A model generated the notes under the pieces. The model searched no databases, was not told where the DNA came from, and saw nothing but the letters and a program-made list of their open reading frames with translations. A stretch of 64,000 nt of DNA from Minisyncoccota bacterium (GTDB lineage: Bacteria; Patescibacteriota; Minisyncoccia; Phycocordibacterales; UBA9973). A program made the translations under genes and the position numbers. The stretch is taken from contig JBAYUN010000003.1 of assembly GCA_041675085.1 (NCBI GenBank), forward strand, positions 28,798 through 92,797, in the 5' to 3' direction. Within the stretch, counting starts at the first letter, position 1. Each line of letters opens with the position of its first letter. Positions 20,501 through 31,500 of the stretch are shown here, piece after piece.

Positions 20501-23500
20501 TGCAAACAATACTATAACTAACGTATCTCTTGCTACGGGGGTGACTGGCAATCTGCCTGTTACAAATCTTAATTCAGGTACTGGAGCTTCATCTTCTACA
20601 TATTGGAGAGGAGACGGTACTTGGGCTACTGTATCAAGTGGTAGTAGCGTTTGGTCAGACCTCACAGTTCCAACAGGCAACCTCTCTCTAGCTCACGGCG
20701 GATACACTACAGACTTTACATACAACTCCGTAACTACAGATAATGCATTCACATTATCTTCTTCATCTTTGTCTTCAGGTTCATTAGTAAACCTAGCAGT
20801 CACAGGTACAGCTGCAGCATCTAATACACAAAAAGCATTAAATATATCTAACTCTGGAGCTAACGCTACAAGTACTCAAACAACTTACGGAGCATTTTTA
20901 TCTAATACTCGTACAGGAACTTCTTCTACTAACGTTGGACTTTATGCTACAGCTTCTGGAGGTACGAACAATTACGCTGCGATTTTTGATGCGGGAGATA
21001 TTGGTGTAGGTACAACTGCTCCTACTGCTCGATTAGATGTGCGTGGTACAGCTACAGGATCTAAGTGGTTGGGTCTTTTTGTAGAGGATGGTGCTACCCC
21101 TGAAGCTTCCGCAATTATTTCTGCAAACCAAAATGCTGCCGTGTCTGTACAGGGTGATGGAAGCGCTTATTTCTTGGGCCGAGATGTTACTAATGATATA
21201 GAATTTATTATGGGTACTTCTACTGCAGGAGGTGCTTTTGCTGGAGCTATGACATCTCATCCTTTTTGGTTAAGAACTGATAATCAAACCAGATTAACTA
21301 TCTTAAACACATCAGGTAATGTTGGTGTCGGTGATACAAGCCCCGCTTCACTATTCACTGTAGGATCGGGTGATTTGTTTCAAGTAAACTCATCAGGTGC
21401 GATAGTTGCAGCTACAGGTATAACTTCAAGTGGTACTGTTACTTTATCAAGTATTTCAGGTTCTACTCAATGTCTCCAAGTAAATTCTTCTGGGGTAGTC
21501 TCGGGTACAGGTAGTACTTGTGGTGGTGGACTTACAGTAGGTACTACAGCTATATCAAGCGGAGGTACAAATAGAGTTTTGTTTGAAAATGGATCAAATA
21601 TTTTATCTGAAAGTGCAGACTTTACTTATGATGGGACTACTTTAGGTGTAGCGACTTCTTCTACTGTTGCTTCAAATAAAGCTTTAAATATTTCTCAAAC
21701 TGGAGCAACTTCTGGTACTGATTATGCAGGATATTTTTCTAATACTGGTGCTGCTACTACTAACGTAGGACTTTATGCTACTGCAACTGGTGCTACTACT
21801 AATCTTGGTTTGAATGTAGATTCTGGTCAAACTTTACTCGGAGGCACAACTTTAAGTTCTGGCACTTTAGCAAAACTAAATATCGTATCAACTATGGCTT
21901 CAAATGGAGTTACTACTGCGATAGCTGGTATTCATGGAGATTATACTTTCAATAACGGTGGAGCTAGTAGTTATGTACAAGTAGGAAACCGTTTTGTGTT
22001 CAATAATGCTCCGACTACGAATGCAAATACTATGGTAGGAGAGATACTTCGTGTTATTGATAATACTACTCTAGCAAATCTAGTCCGTGGTATAGAAATC
22101 ACAGCAAATGCTGGTAGTAATACTGCTGGTACAAATACAGGTATCAGAACTACTGGTGCGACTTTTGGTATTCAAGCTATAACCAACGGAGCTGCTGGAG
22201 GGGCATCATTGCCAGCTGCAATTTATGGAGAGAATACAGGAACCACTCAAGGAGATGTTTTAAGATTGTATTCTAATAGTATTACAACAGCTCCACAAAT
22301 GGCTCAATTTTATCACAATACTAGTACTTTTAGTGGTACAGGTTTGCTTATGGATTTTGCTGAGGGTTCTGGAACTTTCTCTGGTAATTTCTTGGATTTC
22401 CAAAAGAACAATACTACTTTATTTAAAGTTACTAACGGAGGAGTACTGAGTTTAGGTTTTAGTACTAACCAGACTGCAACTTCAGCTGTGTGTTCTACAT
22501 TAGCCAATTCAACTGCTCCTACAGCTGATACTTTATATGAACTCAGAGATTGTGGTAGTACTCCTGTAGCTGACTATGCTGAAATGTACCCAGTCGAAAA
22601 TGATATAGAATTTGGAGATATAGTTGCGGTGGGTACAGAACTTGTTAATACTTATGATGTTACCGAGGGATCTATTGACTGGACAAAAGTTAAGGGTACT
22701 ATAACTAAATTAGTAAAATCAGAGAAAGCTTATCAAGGTAATGTGATAGGTATTGTTTCTGACAACTTTGGAGATTTTTCTTCTACTGGTTACAATATTA
22801 AACCTGAAGATAATCCTATGCCTGTAGCACTTGTGGGACGTTTGCCTGTAAAGATAGCTACTAGCTCGAGCGATATTAAAGCTGGGGATTATATTACGAC
22901 TTCTAATGAAATAGGTAGAGGAATGAAAGCAAATCGTGCTGGTTTTGTTATAGGTAAAGCACTCGAGGATTGGAGTAATGTAGATGGTAAAGATACAGTT
23001 ATGGTTTTTGTAGAACAAGGATATTACAATGGAGTCAGTGCAACAAATTTTGCAGGAATAGATATAAATACAATTCCTCAAAACGAAATCAATAAACAGA
23101 TTTTAGCTAAATTAATATTAGAAGAAAATAATATTGATCCTCTTAATGCAAATGAATTATTTACAGATAGAGTTGTGGCTGGTCTTGAAGTTGTTACCCC
23201 AAATCTAGTAGCATCTACTGTAAATACAGATTCTTTGTTGGTAGAAGATGATTCTGTTTTTAAAGGATTATCTTTCTTTGAAAGTGATGCAGGATTTTTA
23301 GCTGGAGTTAAATTTAATGGTAATGCAGAATTCATTTTGCCTCCATTATTTAATAGTGATACTGCAGGTTTCGCCATTATAAAAGCAGGAAGTAAAAAGG
23401 TAGATATACTTTTTGAGAATCCATACATCACTCAACCAGTAGTAACTACTTCTATTTCATTTGAAGATAATATTGTTACTTCCCCAAATACTAATGAAGA

Positions 23501-23900
23501 TTCGCTGGATACTCTCACTAACGAAGAGGTTAATGAATTCTTTAATGAAAATATTAATCATGTTGTGACAAATAAAACTAAAGAAGGATTTAGTATTAGA
23601 ATAAACAAAGAAGCGAACAGAGATATTAAATTCTCTTGGGTAGCATTAGCTGTGCGAGACGCTAATATTTTCGAAAGTGCTATTCCAGGTTTATCAATTG
23701 ATCAAAATAGTATACCTGTGAATAATCCTCCTGCAACAGATAATACAGAGTCACAAGAAGAGAATATAGAAATTCCTGTAGAGGAAAATACAGATGAAGG
23801 AGCAGCGGTAGAAGAGGTGATACCAGAAGTTGTAGTAGAAGAATTTATACCTGATCCAGTGATTGAAGAAACTGTAGCAGAGAATCCTATAGTAGAATAA
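17586..23900 (+). CDS. giant tail-fibre-like surface protein with C-terminal intramolecular-chaperone/peptidase-like domain
   Basis: Signal peptide; INFQGRL N-terminal domain; G/S/T-rich internal repeats (GNVGIGD..P); ADYAEMY...PVALVGRLPVK...GDYITTS...VIGKALE motif; acidic tail. Confidence 0.75.
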   Translation: MKLNKKNNLRNIWKNKSMRVVFGVSFFVFIFLFSTLFSSLVYAAAGVPKVINFQGRLLNSSGDLLGGTGGTDYCYKFSIYDASTGGSKIWPAGSPSTMTIVTREGVFNANVGDTGAGGDTLDLTFTDDQAYMNIEVATKVGSTCAPGDGAESFETLSPRQRIASSAFAINSGTVGGYTPATSATGSQIPVLSSGSLILGDTNPGLRVTGSNTLTFQSGVTGDIQFFSGTNKITSAGVLTIGGALNSAGINSSGTITFSGLSGGGSQCLQVDNSGVVTGTGSSCGAGSVTWNSFTNPTGTQTLTFDDGELNAWTVNSDTETFQTITANSLTTGKVLGISSSSLTSGSLVDLTVTGTGALTGQKGLNISLSGANGTGAQTTYGAYLSNTHTGTSTNVGLYATASGGTNNYAAIFDNGNVGIGDSSPTSLFTVGSGDLFQINSSGQIGSQQAPVSDYLFALNGTTGNNNSRIIDIVQSNNADESSSVVNIVATPTLGTIGSGRTVTGNYLSLTPSATVSDAFLSTYGSSNNLSLSNLTLGDGEVGIYSYGDYSWITGSPVYNGVGESTEFDTYGTYTNVNISPTLTAVPDASFFRTYGGRFNAFVTSAGNSELSAYVYGVSGTASGNLTTTGNTFHSGGYFSASGSADTNYGISSSVGGATTNYGGYFSAFGASDTNYGIYATVGGGTANYSGIFMGGNFGIGDDTPTSLFTVGNGDLFQVNSSGAIAAATGITSSGTINFSGLTASELTATDASKNLVSLSTSTYPSLTEISYVKGVTSAIQTQLNAKGDVSKVGTPVNKQIGVWTGDGTLQGLADFTYENLAGGGQGGQLIIGEENSNNFIKAPDATTSNTWGGTLYMSGGVGNGTGRGGSFNLTGGASGTGDGGEGGSIGIYAGNAIGSGNGNGGNVNLQPGRGKGSGNEGKVRIFSQNGDVGVFFDLSLIDDFYDYTFPNGGGTFTLNDAAQTLTNKTINGANNTITNVSLATGVTGNLPVTNLNSGTGASSSTYWRGDGTWATVSSGSSVWSDLTVPTGNLSLAHGGYTTDFTYNSVTTDNAFTLSSSSLSSGSLVNLAVTGTAAASNTQKALNISNSGANATSTQTTYGAFLSNTRTGTSSTNVGLYATASGGTNNYAAIFDAGDIGVGTTAPTARLDVRGTATGSKWLGLFVEDGATPEASAIISANQNAAVSVQGDGSAYFLGRDVTNDIEFIMGTSTAGGAFAGAMTSHPFWLRTDNQTRLTILNTSGNVGVGDTSPASLFTVGSGDLFQVNSSGAIVAATGITSSGTVTLSSISGSTQCLQVNSSGVVSGTGSTCGGGLTVGTTAISSGGTNRVLFENGSNILSESADFTYDGTTLGVATSSTVASNKALNISQTGATSGTDYAGYFSNTGAATTNVGLYATATGATTNLGLNVDSGQTLLGGTTLSSGTLAKLNIVSTMASNGVTTAIAGIHGDYTFNNGGASSYVQVGNRFVFNNAPTTNANTMVGEILRVIDNTTLANLVRGIEITANAGSNTAGTNTGIRTTGATFGIQAITNGAAGGASLPAAIYGENTGTTQGDVLRLYSNSITTAPQMAQFYHNTSTFSGTGLLMDFAEGSGTFSGNFLDFQKNNTTLFKVTNGGVLSLGFSTNQTATSAVCSTLANSTAPTADTLYELRDCGSTPVADYAEMYPVENDIEFGDIVAVGTELVNTYDVTEGSIDWTKVKGTITKLVKSEKAYQGNVIGIVSDNFGDFSSTGYNIKPEDNPMPVALVGRLPVKIATSSSDIKAGDYITTSNEIGRGMKANRAGFVIGKALEDWSNVDGKDTVMVFVEQGYYNGVSATNFAGIDINTIPQNEINKQILAKLILEENNIDPLNANELFTDRVVAGLEVVTPNLVASTVNTDSLLVEDDSVFKGLSFFESDAGFLAGVKFNGNAEFILPPLFNSDTAGFAIIKAGSKKVDILFENPYITQPVVTTSISFEDNIVTSPNTNEDSLDTLTNEEVNEFFNENINHVVTNKTKEGFSIRINKEANRDIKFSWVALAVRDANIFESAIPGLSIDQNSIPVNNPPATDNTESQEENIEIPVEENTDEGAAVEEVIPEVVVEEFIPDPVIEETVAENPIVE

Positions 23901-23924
23901 AAATCAAAACTAGGATAAAATATT

Positions 23925-24380
23925 TTATTCTGGTTTTGATTTTTTGATTAAATTTAATAAATTGTATTTTACTTGTGGATAACTTTTGTCTTTTTCCTTT
24001 ATGTATATCTCAGCATTCATTTGTTTTTTTAGGGCAGGGAATTTGTTTTCTTCTTTTGGTTTACTTAAGCTTAGAGCCCAGGCTTTGAAGGTTAAAGTAT
24101 TTTTTGGGTCAAGTAATTTTAATATTGAAGTTATTGTATCTACATTAGCAACATCCGTCAAGTAAAATTTGCCATCCGAGGCTATAAATTTAAGTTGGTT
24201 ACATTCTGTAACCAACTGATTTTGTCTTTTTTTTAAACGGTTTTTGTAAACTTTCCAGTAATTTCGTGGATTAGAACTTGAAGTTACTATAGCCACAATA
24301 TCTACAATAGAAAAATACCATTTTCCTTCATTTTTATTCCACTCTTTGCGTATAGTGTCAAATTTTATTTTCTTTTCCAT
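23925..24380 (-). CDS. BRO-N (antirepressor-like) domain protein, possibly C-terminally degenerate
   Basis: WYFSIVDIV...PRNYWKV.K.RL...CNQLK..A.DGK.YLTDVA motif. Confidence 0.7.
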   Translation of the reverse strand: MEKKIKFDTIRKEWNKNEGKWYFSIVDIVAIVTSSSNPRNYWKVYKNRLKKRQNQLVTECNQLKFIASDGKFYLTDVANVDTITSILKLLDPKNTLTFKAWALSLSKPKEENKFPALKKQMNAEIYIKEKDKSYPQVKYNLLNLIKKSKPE

Positions 24381-24523
24381 TTTATATGTATTGTTTATAA
24401 ATACATTATATACCAATCTTGGTACGAGGAGTAGTCTCGAGCATATATTTGAATCTGAAAATATTTAGTTATAAAAGCATGTTGATTTATGTATAAATAA
24501 GTTATAATTAAAATATTAAATAA

Positions 24524-25576
24524 ATGAAAATAAAAAATAATTTAAATAAAAATATATTTTTTGGATTGATAGGCTTTATATTTGGAATTATTGTAATGAT
24601 AGTTATTTTTTATACTAATTTTTTTGGTTTTAATTCTGCTAATGTAAATAAAAGTCCCTTTTTTACTGAATCTAGTTTAGATAATGATAAATATAATTTC
24701 CTGAGACCATTTATTGCTTCTGGGTATAAAGATAATAATGAAAAGGAATCATTAAAGTGGTTTCCTTCAGAAAGAAATTTAAAAAATTTAGTACAAGATG
24801 CTGTTTTTGAAAACAATGAAGTAAAGACTAGCGTATTTTTTCTAAATTTAAATAACTCAGGTTGGTTTAGTGTAAACCCTACTGATACTTTTATTCCAGC
24901 AAGTTTGTTAAAGTTACCCATGCTGATTTCGTATTACAAATTACATGAATCTGAAAAAGATTTATTTGATAAAAAAATAAATTATCAAGGTGAGAATTTT
25001 AACCAGTTTAAAAATCTTGGCAACGGGACTATTGTACCAGGGCAGACTTATACAGTTAAAGAATTAATGAGAGAGATGGTTGTACATTCCGATAATAATG
25101 CTTTGCAGCTGCTCTATAAGTACAGAGAGGAATCTTTGAAGTCTATATTTGCTGATATGAATATACCACTACCATCTACTGATCAAGAAATAGCTTCAAA
25201 AGATTTCATGACTGCTAGGGATATTGGTCGTTTTCTTTTGGTCTTATATAATTCTTCGTATCTAAGTTTAGAAAATTCTGAAGAAGCTTTACAGATATTA
25301 TCTGAATCTGTGTTTAAAGATGGTATTGTAGCTGGTGTTCCTAGTAATATAGTGGTGAGTCATAAATTTGGTGAAAGGACATTGGATCAAAATGGGCAAA
25401 ATTTAAAAACTGAATTGCATGATTGTGGTATTGTATATCATCCCAATATACCATACATAGTTTGTGTCATGACCAAAGGAAGTGATATTGAGTCAGAAAA
25501 ATTGCAAATTCAAAAAATCTCAAAAATAATTTATGAGGGCGTTGATTCTTTTGCCAATAATTCTAAAGAAAATTAA
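24524..25576 (+). CDS. class A beta-lactamase-like serine hydrolase (PBP fold), membrane-anchored
   Basis: SxxK (ASLLK), SDN and HKFG motifs; N-terminal TM helix. Confidence 0.85.
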   Translation: MKIKNNLNKNIFFGLIGFIFGIIVMIVIFYTNFFGFNSANVNKSPFFTESSLDNDKYNFLRPFIASGYKDNNEKESLKWFPSERNLKNLVQDAVFENNEVKTSVFFLNLNNSGWFSVNPTDTFIPASLLKLPMLISYYKLHESEKDLFDKKINYQGENFNQFKNLGNGTIVPGQTYTVKELMREMVVHSDNNALQLLYKYREESLKSIFADMNIPLPSTDQEIASKDFMTARDIGRFLLVLYNSSYLSLENSEEALQILSESVFKDGIVAGVPSNIVVSHKFGERTLDQNGQNLKTELHDCGIVYHPNIPYIVCVMTKGSDIESEKLQIQKISKIIYEGVDSFANNSKEN

Positions 25577-28500
25577 TGAAAAAAGATTTTTATATTAATC
25601 TAATAAAATTTTCTTCAACACTTTTTGTTTTTGTGTTTCTATTTTTGTTTACTACAAATGCAGCAGAAGCTGCTGTGAAGACATGGACTGGATCTACTAG
25701 TGATTTGTGGTCTGTGGGTGCGAACTGGGGAGGTGATGTTCCTGTCACGGGAGATGACTTGGTGTTTCCTGATGGAACATCAAATCTTTCTAGTACGAAC
25801 GATTTGACTGAAAATACAATTTTTAATTCAATTACTTTTTCTGGTAGTGGTTACACTCTTTCAGGAAACAGTATTATTTTAGGACCAGGGCTTGCAGGTA
25901 TTACTGACGTTACTTCTTCTGGAGGAAATACGATTGCATTTGATATTCGTTTAGATGTTACTCGTGATATTTATGTAACTAATATAAATGAGACTTTGAC
26001 TATCAGTGGTAGAATAGCTGGTGTCGGAGGTATTAATAAAGAAGGTGAGGGAAAATTAATTCTTTCTGGTGCGAATACTTATGGCGGTATTACAAAAGTA
26101 AATGTGGGAGTATTGAATGCACAGAACGATAAATCTCTCGGGACTATTTTGGCAGGAACAGAAGTTGTAGGTAATGCTGTTCTTGAGTTGCAAGGAGGAA
26201 TCAATATTAGTTATGAAGCTTTAGCTTTGCGTGGTTACGGGGTTTCAGAAAATGGAGCCTTAAGAAATATTAGTGGCAATAATACTTATGGTGGATTAAT
26301 TACACTGAGTTCGGCTGGAGGTACAGAAATATCATCGGATGCTGATACTCTCACAATCACAGGAGGTATGACTGGAGCGTTTCCATTATTCATTGATGGA
26401 CCAGGTAATATTACTTATTCTACTACTCCTATTGCTATTGCAGCCGGTACAGTTACAAAGAAAGGTTCTGGTACTTTGAGATATAATTTTCCTAATACTT
26501 ATACTGGTTTAACAATCATTGACGCAGGGACTCTTCTTTATGGGACAAATAATGCAATCCTTTCTGGAGGTGTTACTGTGACAGGAGGAACTTTAGATAT
26601 ATCTAATTATTCTGATATGTTAGGAACTGTAACTCTTGGAACTTTAGATTTAGCTAGTGGTACTATTACAGGTACTTCAGGAGTATTAAGTAGTCCTACT
26701 TGGACAGTTTATAATGGTAGCATTAATGCTATTATTTCTGGATATGGTGGAACTCTCACAAAGAGTACTCCAGGCACTGTAGTTTTAGGGAGAGCTAATA
26801 GGTATACTGGAGCTACTAGTATAAATGGAGGTATTTTAGAAATTCAAGATAGTTCATCTCTTGGAACAATTGATGGTATTACTACTGTTTCTGGTGGCTC
26901 AACATTGCAAATAAATGGAGATGGAATGTTAATACCAGAATATATTGCTTTTTCTGGTACTGGACATTTATATAAAGGTGCTATTCGCAACAAAAATGGA
27001 AACAATACTTTATCGGGTTTATTGACTACGGGTTCTGGGGCTATGATTGTGTCTGAGATAGATACAATTTTAACAATTGATGAGAGAGGCGTTTCAGTTA
27101 CAACAATAGGTTTGACTGTAGGGGGTGCGGGTGATGTTGTTTTTACCGACGATGCACCTATATATGGAACCACTGGTACTTTAACCAAAAATGATGAAGG
27201 TCTTTTAACTATAAATTCTTTTTCTAATATTACTGGTGTTATATCTATAAATAGAGGTGATGTTGTATTGAGTGGTTTAGGCGCTTTACCAATTGCTACG
27301 ACAATTTTTATAAATGCTGGAGCTACTTTGACGCTAGATAATACTTCAAATATAGTAAATGATCGTATCGCCGATACAGCTGTGGTTACGATGAATGGTG
27401 GTAATTTTAATTTTAAAGGCTCGAGTTCTGGTGATGTTCTTGAAACTACTGGAGTCTTAACATCAGGTATAGCTACTCAGTCAGGAGATAATAAAATAAC
27501 TATTACTCCAGGTTCTGGAGGGTCTACTGTTATGCGTTTTGCATCACTTATACGTACCGCTGGATCTTCATTACTTTTTAGAGGTACTTCTCTCGGCTCT
27601 ACTCCGGCGGCCAATGTATCGACTTTACTTTTCACAACTGCGCCTACTTTGTTGGGAGATGATGGAGAATCTAATTCACCAACACTCAGTATTATTCCTG
27701 GTGCTTTTGGCGACAATTCTCTAACTGGCACTGGTACAGATATGGTAACTTACAATAAAGGTAATATTAATGGATTACGTTTATTGAATGGGATAGGTTT
27801 TACTGGAGAATATACTAGTGATATTAATAGGACTAATGGAAATGTGAAACTCACTTCTTCTATCTCAGCTACTACTTCACTAATAAATTCTCTCATACTT
27901 AGCTCTGGATCAAGTATTACTAATCCAAGCACATCTCAAAATATTACTTTAACTTCTGGAAATATTTTAAATTTAGTGAATGGTGCTAACATTGCTGGAG
28001 CTAATACTACTTTGATTATGGATGGTAATGTTGAAGGATTCATTCGTGCAGTAGAGGATATTGATTTTTCTTCTTCTATTGCAACAACCGGAGGATTTAC
28101 AAAAACAGGTGAAGGAACACTAACTTTTTCTAGAGCTCAAACTTATACAGGTCTTACCTCGGTTAATGAAGGTACTTTTTTATATGGTATAGCTGATACT
28201 ATTTCTTCTGGTAACGTGACTGTTAATGGTGGAATTTTAGATATTGCAAACTTTAATGATACTGTAGGTGCAGTTATTTTACAAAAAGGAACTATTACTG
28301 GTAGCACTGGAGTATTGAGTGGAGCTTCATATAATCTCAGAGAAGGAACAGTGAGTGCTATTTTGGGAGGAGGGGTAACTCTCACACGTATTGCAACAAA
28401 TACCGCGGCTGATAGTATTGTGGCTTTGACTCGAGAGAATAGTTATACAGGAGTGACAACTATAACAAGCGGTATTTTGAAAATAGGTGCAGCTGGGAAC

Positions 28501-31500
28501 GGTACGAATTCTCCTCTTGGTACAATAGCTAGCGGTACGACTATCGCCAACATAGCCGCGCTTGACCTTAATGGTTATACTTTGTCGACTACAGAAGCTA
28601 TAACTTCTCTTAATGGATCAGGTTTTGGACCTAGTGCTACTGTTGCTAATGGTAATAGTGTTATGGGTGCTCTAATGAATAGCTCGGGAACTTCTGTTAG
28701 TTATAATGGAAATATTGCTCTTGGGTCTGCGTCGAGAATTAATGCGGATTTTGGAACAATTAATATTACTGGGAATATCTCCGGGGCTTTTGGTCTCACT
28801 ATCGGAGGGTATAGCAATACAACTTTAGCAGGGACTATTGGTGCTGGTGCTTTGTCTTTAACTAAAGATGGAATAGGTACACTTACACTATCAGGTTCAA
28901 ATTCTTATACTGGGGCAACAACTGTGAGTTCAGGTACAATTAAACTTGGTGCAACTGGTAGCGGTAGTAATACACCTCTTGGTACTACAGGAGGTACAAC
29001 AACTGTCGCTACTGGTTCACGTTTTGATCTTAATGGTTTTACTTTAGCTACAGCAGAAACTATTACTTTAAATGGTGTTGGTTATGGTATTGGTAATGGA
29101 GCTAGTGGGGCATTAATCAATAGTTCTGTTTCTTCTGTTACATATAGTGGGCAAATCTTGCTTGGTTCTACGGGTACAATGGTTAAAGCCGATTATGGTG
29201 ATATTAATCTAACTGCTGCAGGTACAATCACGGGTGCAAATTTTGGTTTAATTTTAGCGGGATCTGGTAATGGAACTTTGTCTAGTATTATTGGTACTAC
29301 CTCTGGAACAGTTACAAAAATTGGAAGTGGAATGTGGACCTTGTCGGGTTCTAGTACGTATACTGGAGCGACTAATATAAATATAGGTACTTTGAGGCTT
29401 GGGGCGACTGGGGGAGCGACAAATACACCACTTGGAACTATTGGGTCTGGGACTGTGGTCTCAAGTGGAGCGGTCTTGGATTTAAATGGTTATACTCTCG
29501 GCACAGTTGAAGGTCTAACTATTAACGGACGTGGTATTGGTAACGGAGGTGTGCTTATTAATAATTCTATTAGTAGCACAACTTATCCTGGCGGAATAAA
29601 TCAAGCTACAGATTCTCGTATTGCAAATTCAGGAGCTGGGCTTTTGACACTATCCGGTGCAGTCAGTGGGGCTTTTACTCTTCAGGTGGGTGGAGCGGGT
29701 AGTACTACATTTAGCACCGCTATTCCTACTACCTTTCTTATTTTAAGAAAACAAGGTGCGGGTACTCTAACTCTGACGGGTACGAATCTAAATATAGGAG
29801 GAGTAATAATAGATGAAGGAACATTAACTTATGGAGCGGCAACAACTTTAGCCGCCACTCCAATGACTGTTCTCGGTGGGACTTTTAATATGAATGGGAC
29901 TACAGATGCTATTGGTGCCGTTACTCTTATCGGAGGCAATATTTCTAATGGAACTCTAACATCTGCTACTAGCTATACTCTTGAAAGTGGTACAGTTAGT
30001 GCTATTTTAGCAGGAGCTGTGCCTGTCATAAAAAATACAAATAATACTGTTGTACTCTCTGGTGTAAATACTATAAGTAGTACCACTACTATCAACGCTG
30101 GTACTCTAACCATTAGCGGTAGTGGAAGCGCTACAGCGACTACTATCACAGTAAACTTGGGTGGGACTTTAACTTTGGATAATTCTTCTACAGCTGTAGC
30201 TAGTCGTTTAGGAGATGCAATAGCGCTCACTATGAACGGTGGTAATTATAATTTTATTGGTAATTCTGCAGGAGCATCCTCTGAAACAACAGGAGCCTTA
30301 ACTTTATTAACTGGGCATAATACCGTGACTGTTACTCCTGGTTCTGGTGGAAGTACTACAATGACTTTTGCAAGCTTGTCTCGCACTGCCGGAGCTACTG
30401 TTCTTTTCCGAGGAACTGGTCTAGGGACAGCTTCTGCTGCTAATATTTCTACTTTAGTTTTTACAGCAACACCTACTTTAACTGGTGGGGGTGGTGCATC
30501 TGGTTCTACGACTGTCAGTGTGATTAAAGGAGCATATGGAGACTCTTCTTTATCTGGTACAGGTAGTGATATGGTGACTTATCAAGGTGGAACTGGTTTA
30601 CGTTTATTAAACGGCGCAGGATTTTCTGGAGAATATGCGACTAATTTATCTACAGCAAATGCTAATGTAAAATTAACTGCTAGTGCAACAGCTACAACAA
30701 CAAATACGAACTCATTAATTTTAAATGGTTTTAGTGTTACTGATCCTGGAGTAGATACTACTTTACCAATTGCATCTGCTTCGCTTGCTGGAAATATTTT
30801 AATAAACTCGGCTAATGACATTGCTGGTTCAAATACAACTCTAGGTATTACAACTTTTGAATTACCTATTTTAGCAACATCTAATGGAGCGATCACTGCT
30901 AAGATAGGTACTGCTACCTCAGGGGTGCTTACTTTGAGTGGTTCTGGAAATGTCACCTTAAGTGCGGCTAATCTTTATAATGGGTTAACATACATTAATG
31001 GAGCTACTCTTACTTATGGTGTAAGTAATGCTATTTCTACTGGAGGTGTGGTTGTGCGTGGTGGTTTGTACGACTTGAATGGAAATTCAGATATTATAGG
31101 TTCTTTATCTCTTACTGCAGCTTCTGTTGCTACGGCATCTGGTACTCTTACTTTAGGTGGAGATCTTACAAGTATTGCTAATGGAAATTTTAGTTCAAAG
31201 ATAACTGGTAATCTGGATCTTGGGTTTAATAGAATTTTTAATATCGGTGACGGGCTTGTTGATAATGATCTTATTGTGTCGGCTATTGTTAGTGGTGCTT
31301 TTAATGTAACAAAAAGTACAGGTACTGGGGTTTTGGTATTCTCTGGAGATAATACTTACACTGGTTCCACTACTATCAGTGCTGGAACTTTAAGGCTTGG
31401 TGCAAATGGTGGTGTTACAAATACACCTCTTGGTACTACTTTAGGCAATACTATTGTTTCTGGTGCATCTTCAGCTCTTGATTTGAATGGTTTTACTTTA

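Noticed and set aside
17586-24416. Prophage (tail-fibre-like gene plus BRO gene)
   Set aside because: No capsid, terminase, portal or integrase; the fibre has a signal peptide typical of a cellular surface protein.
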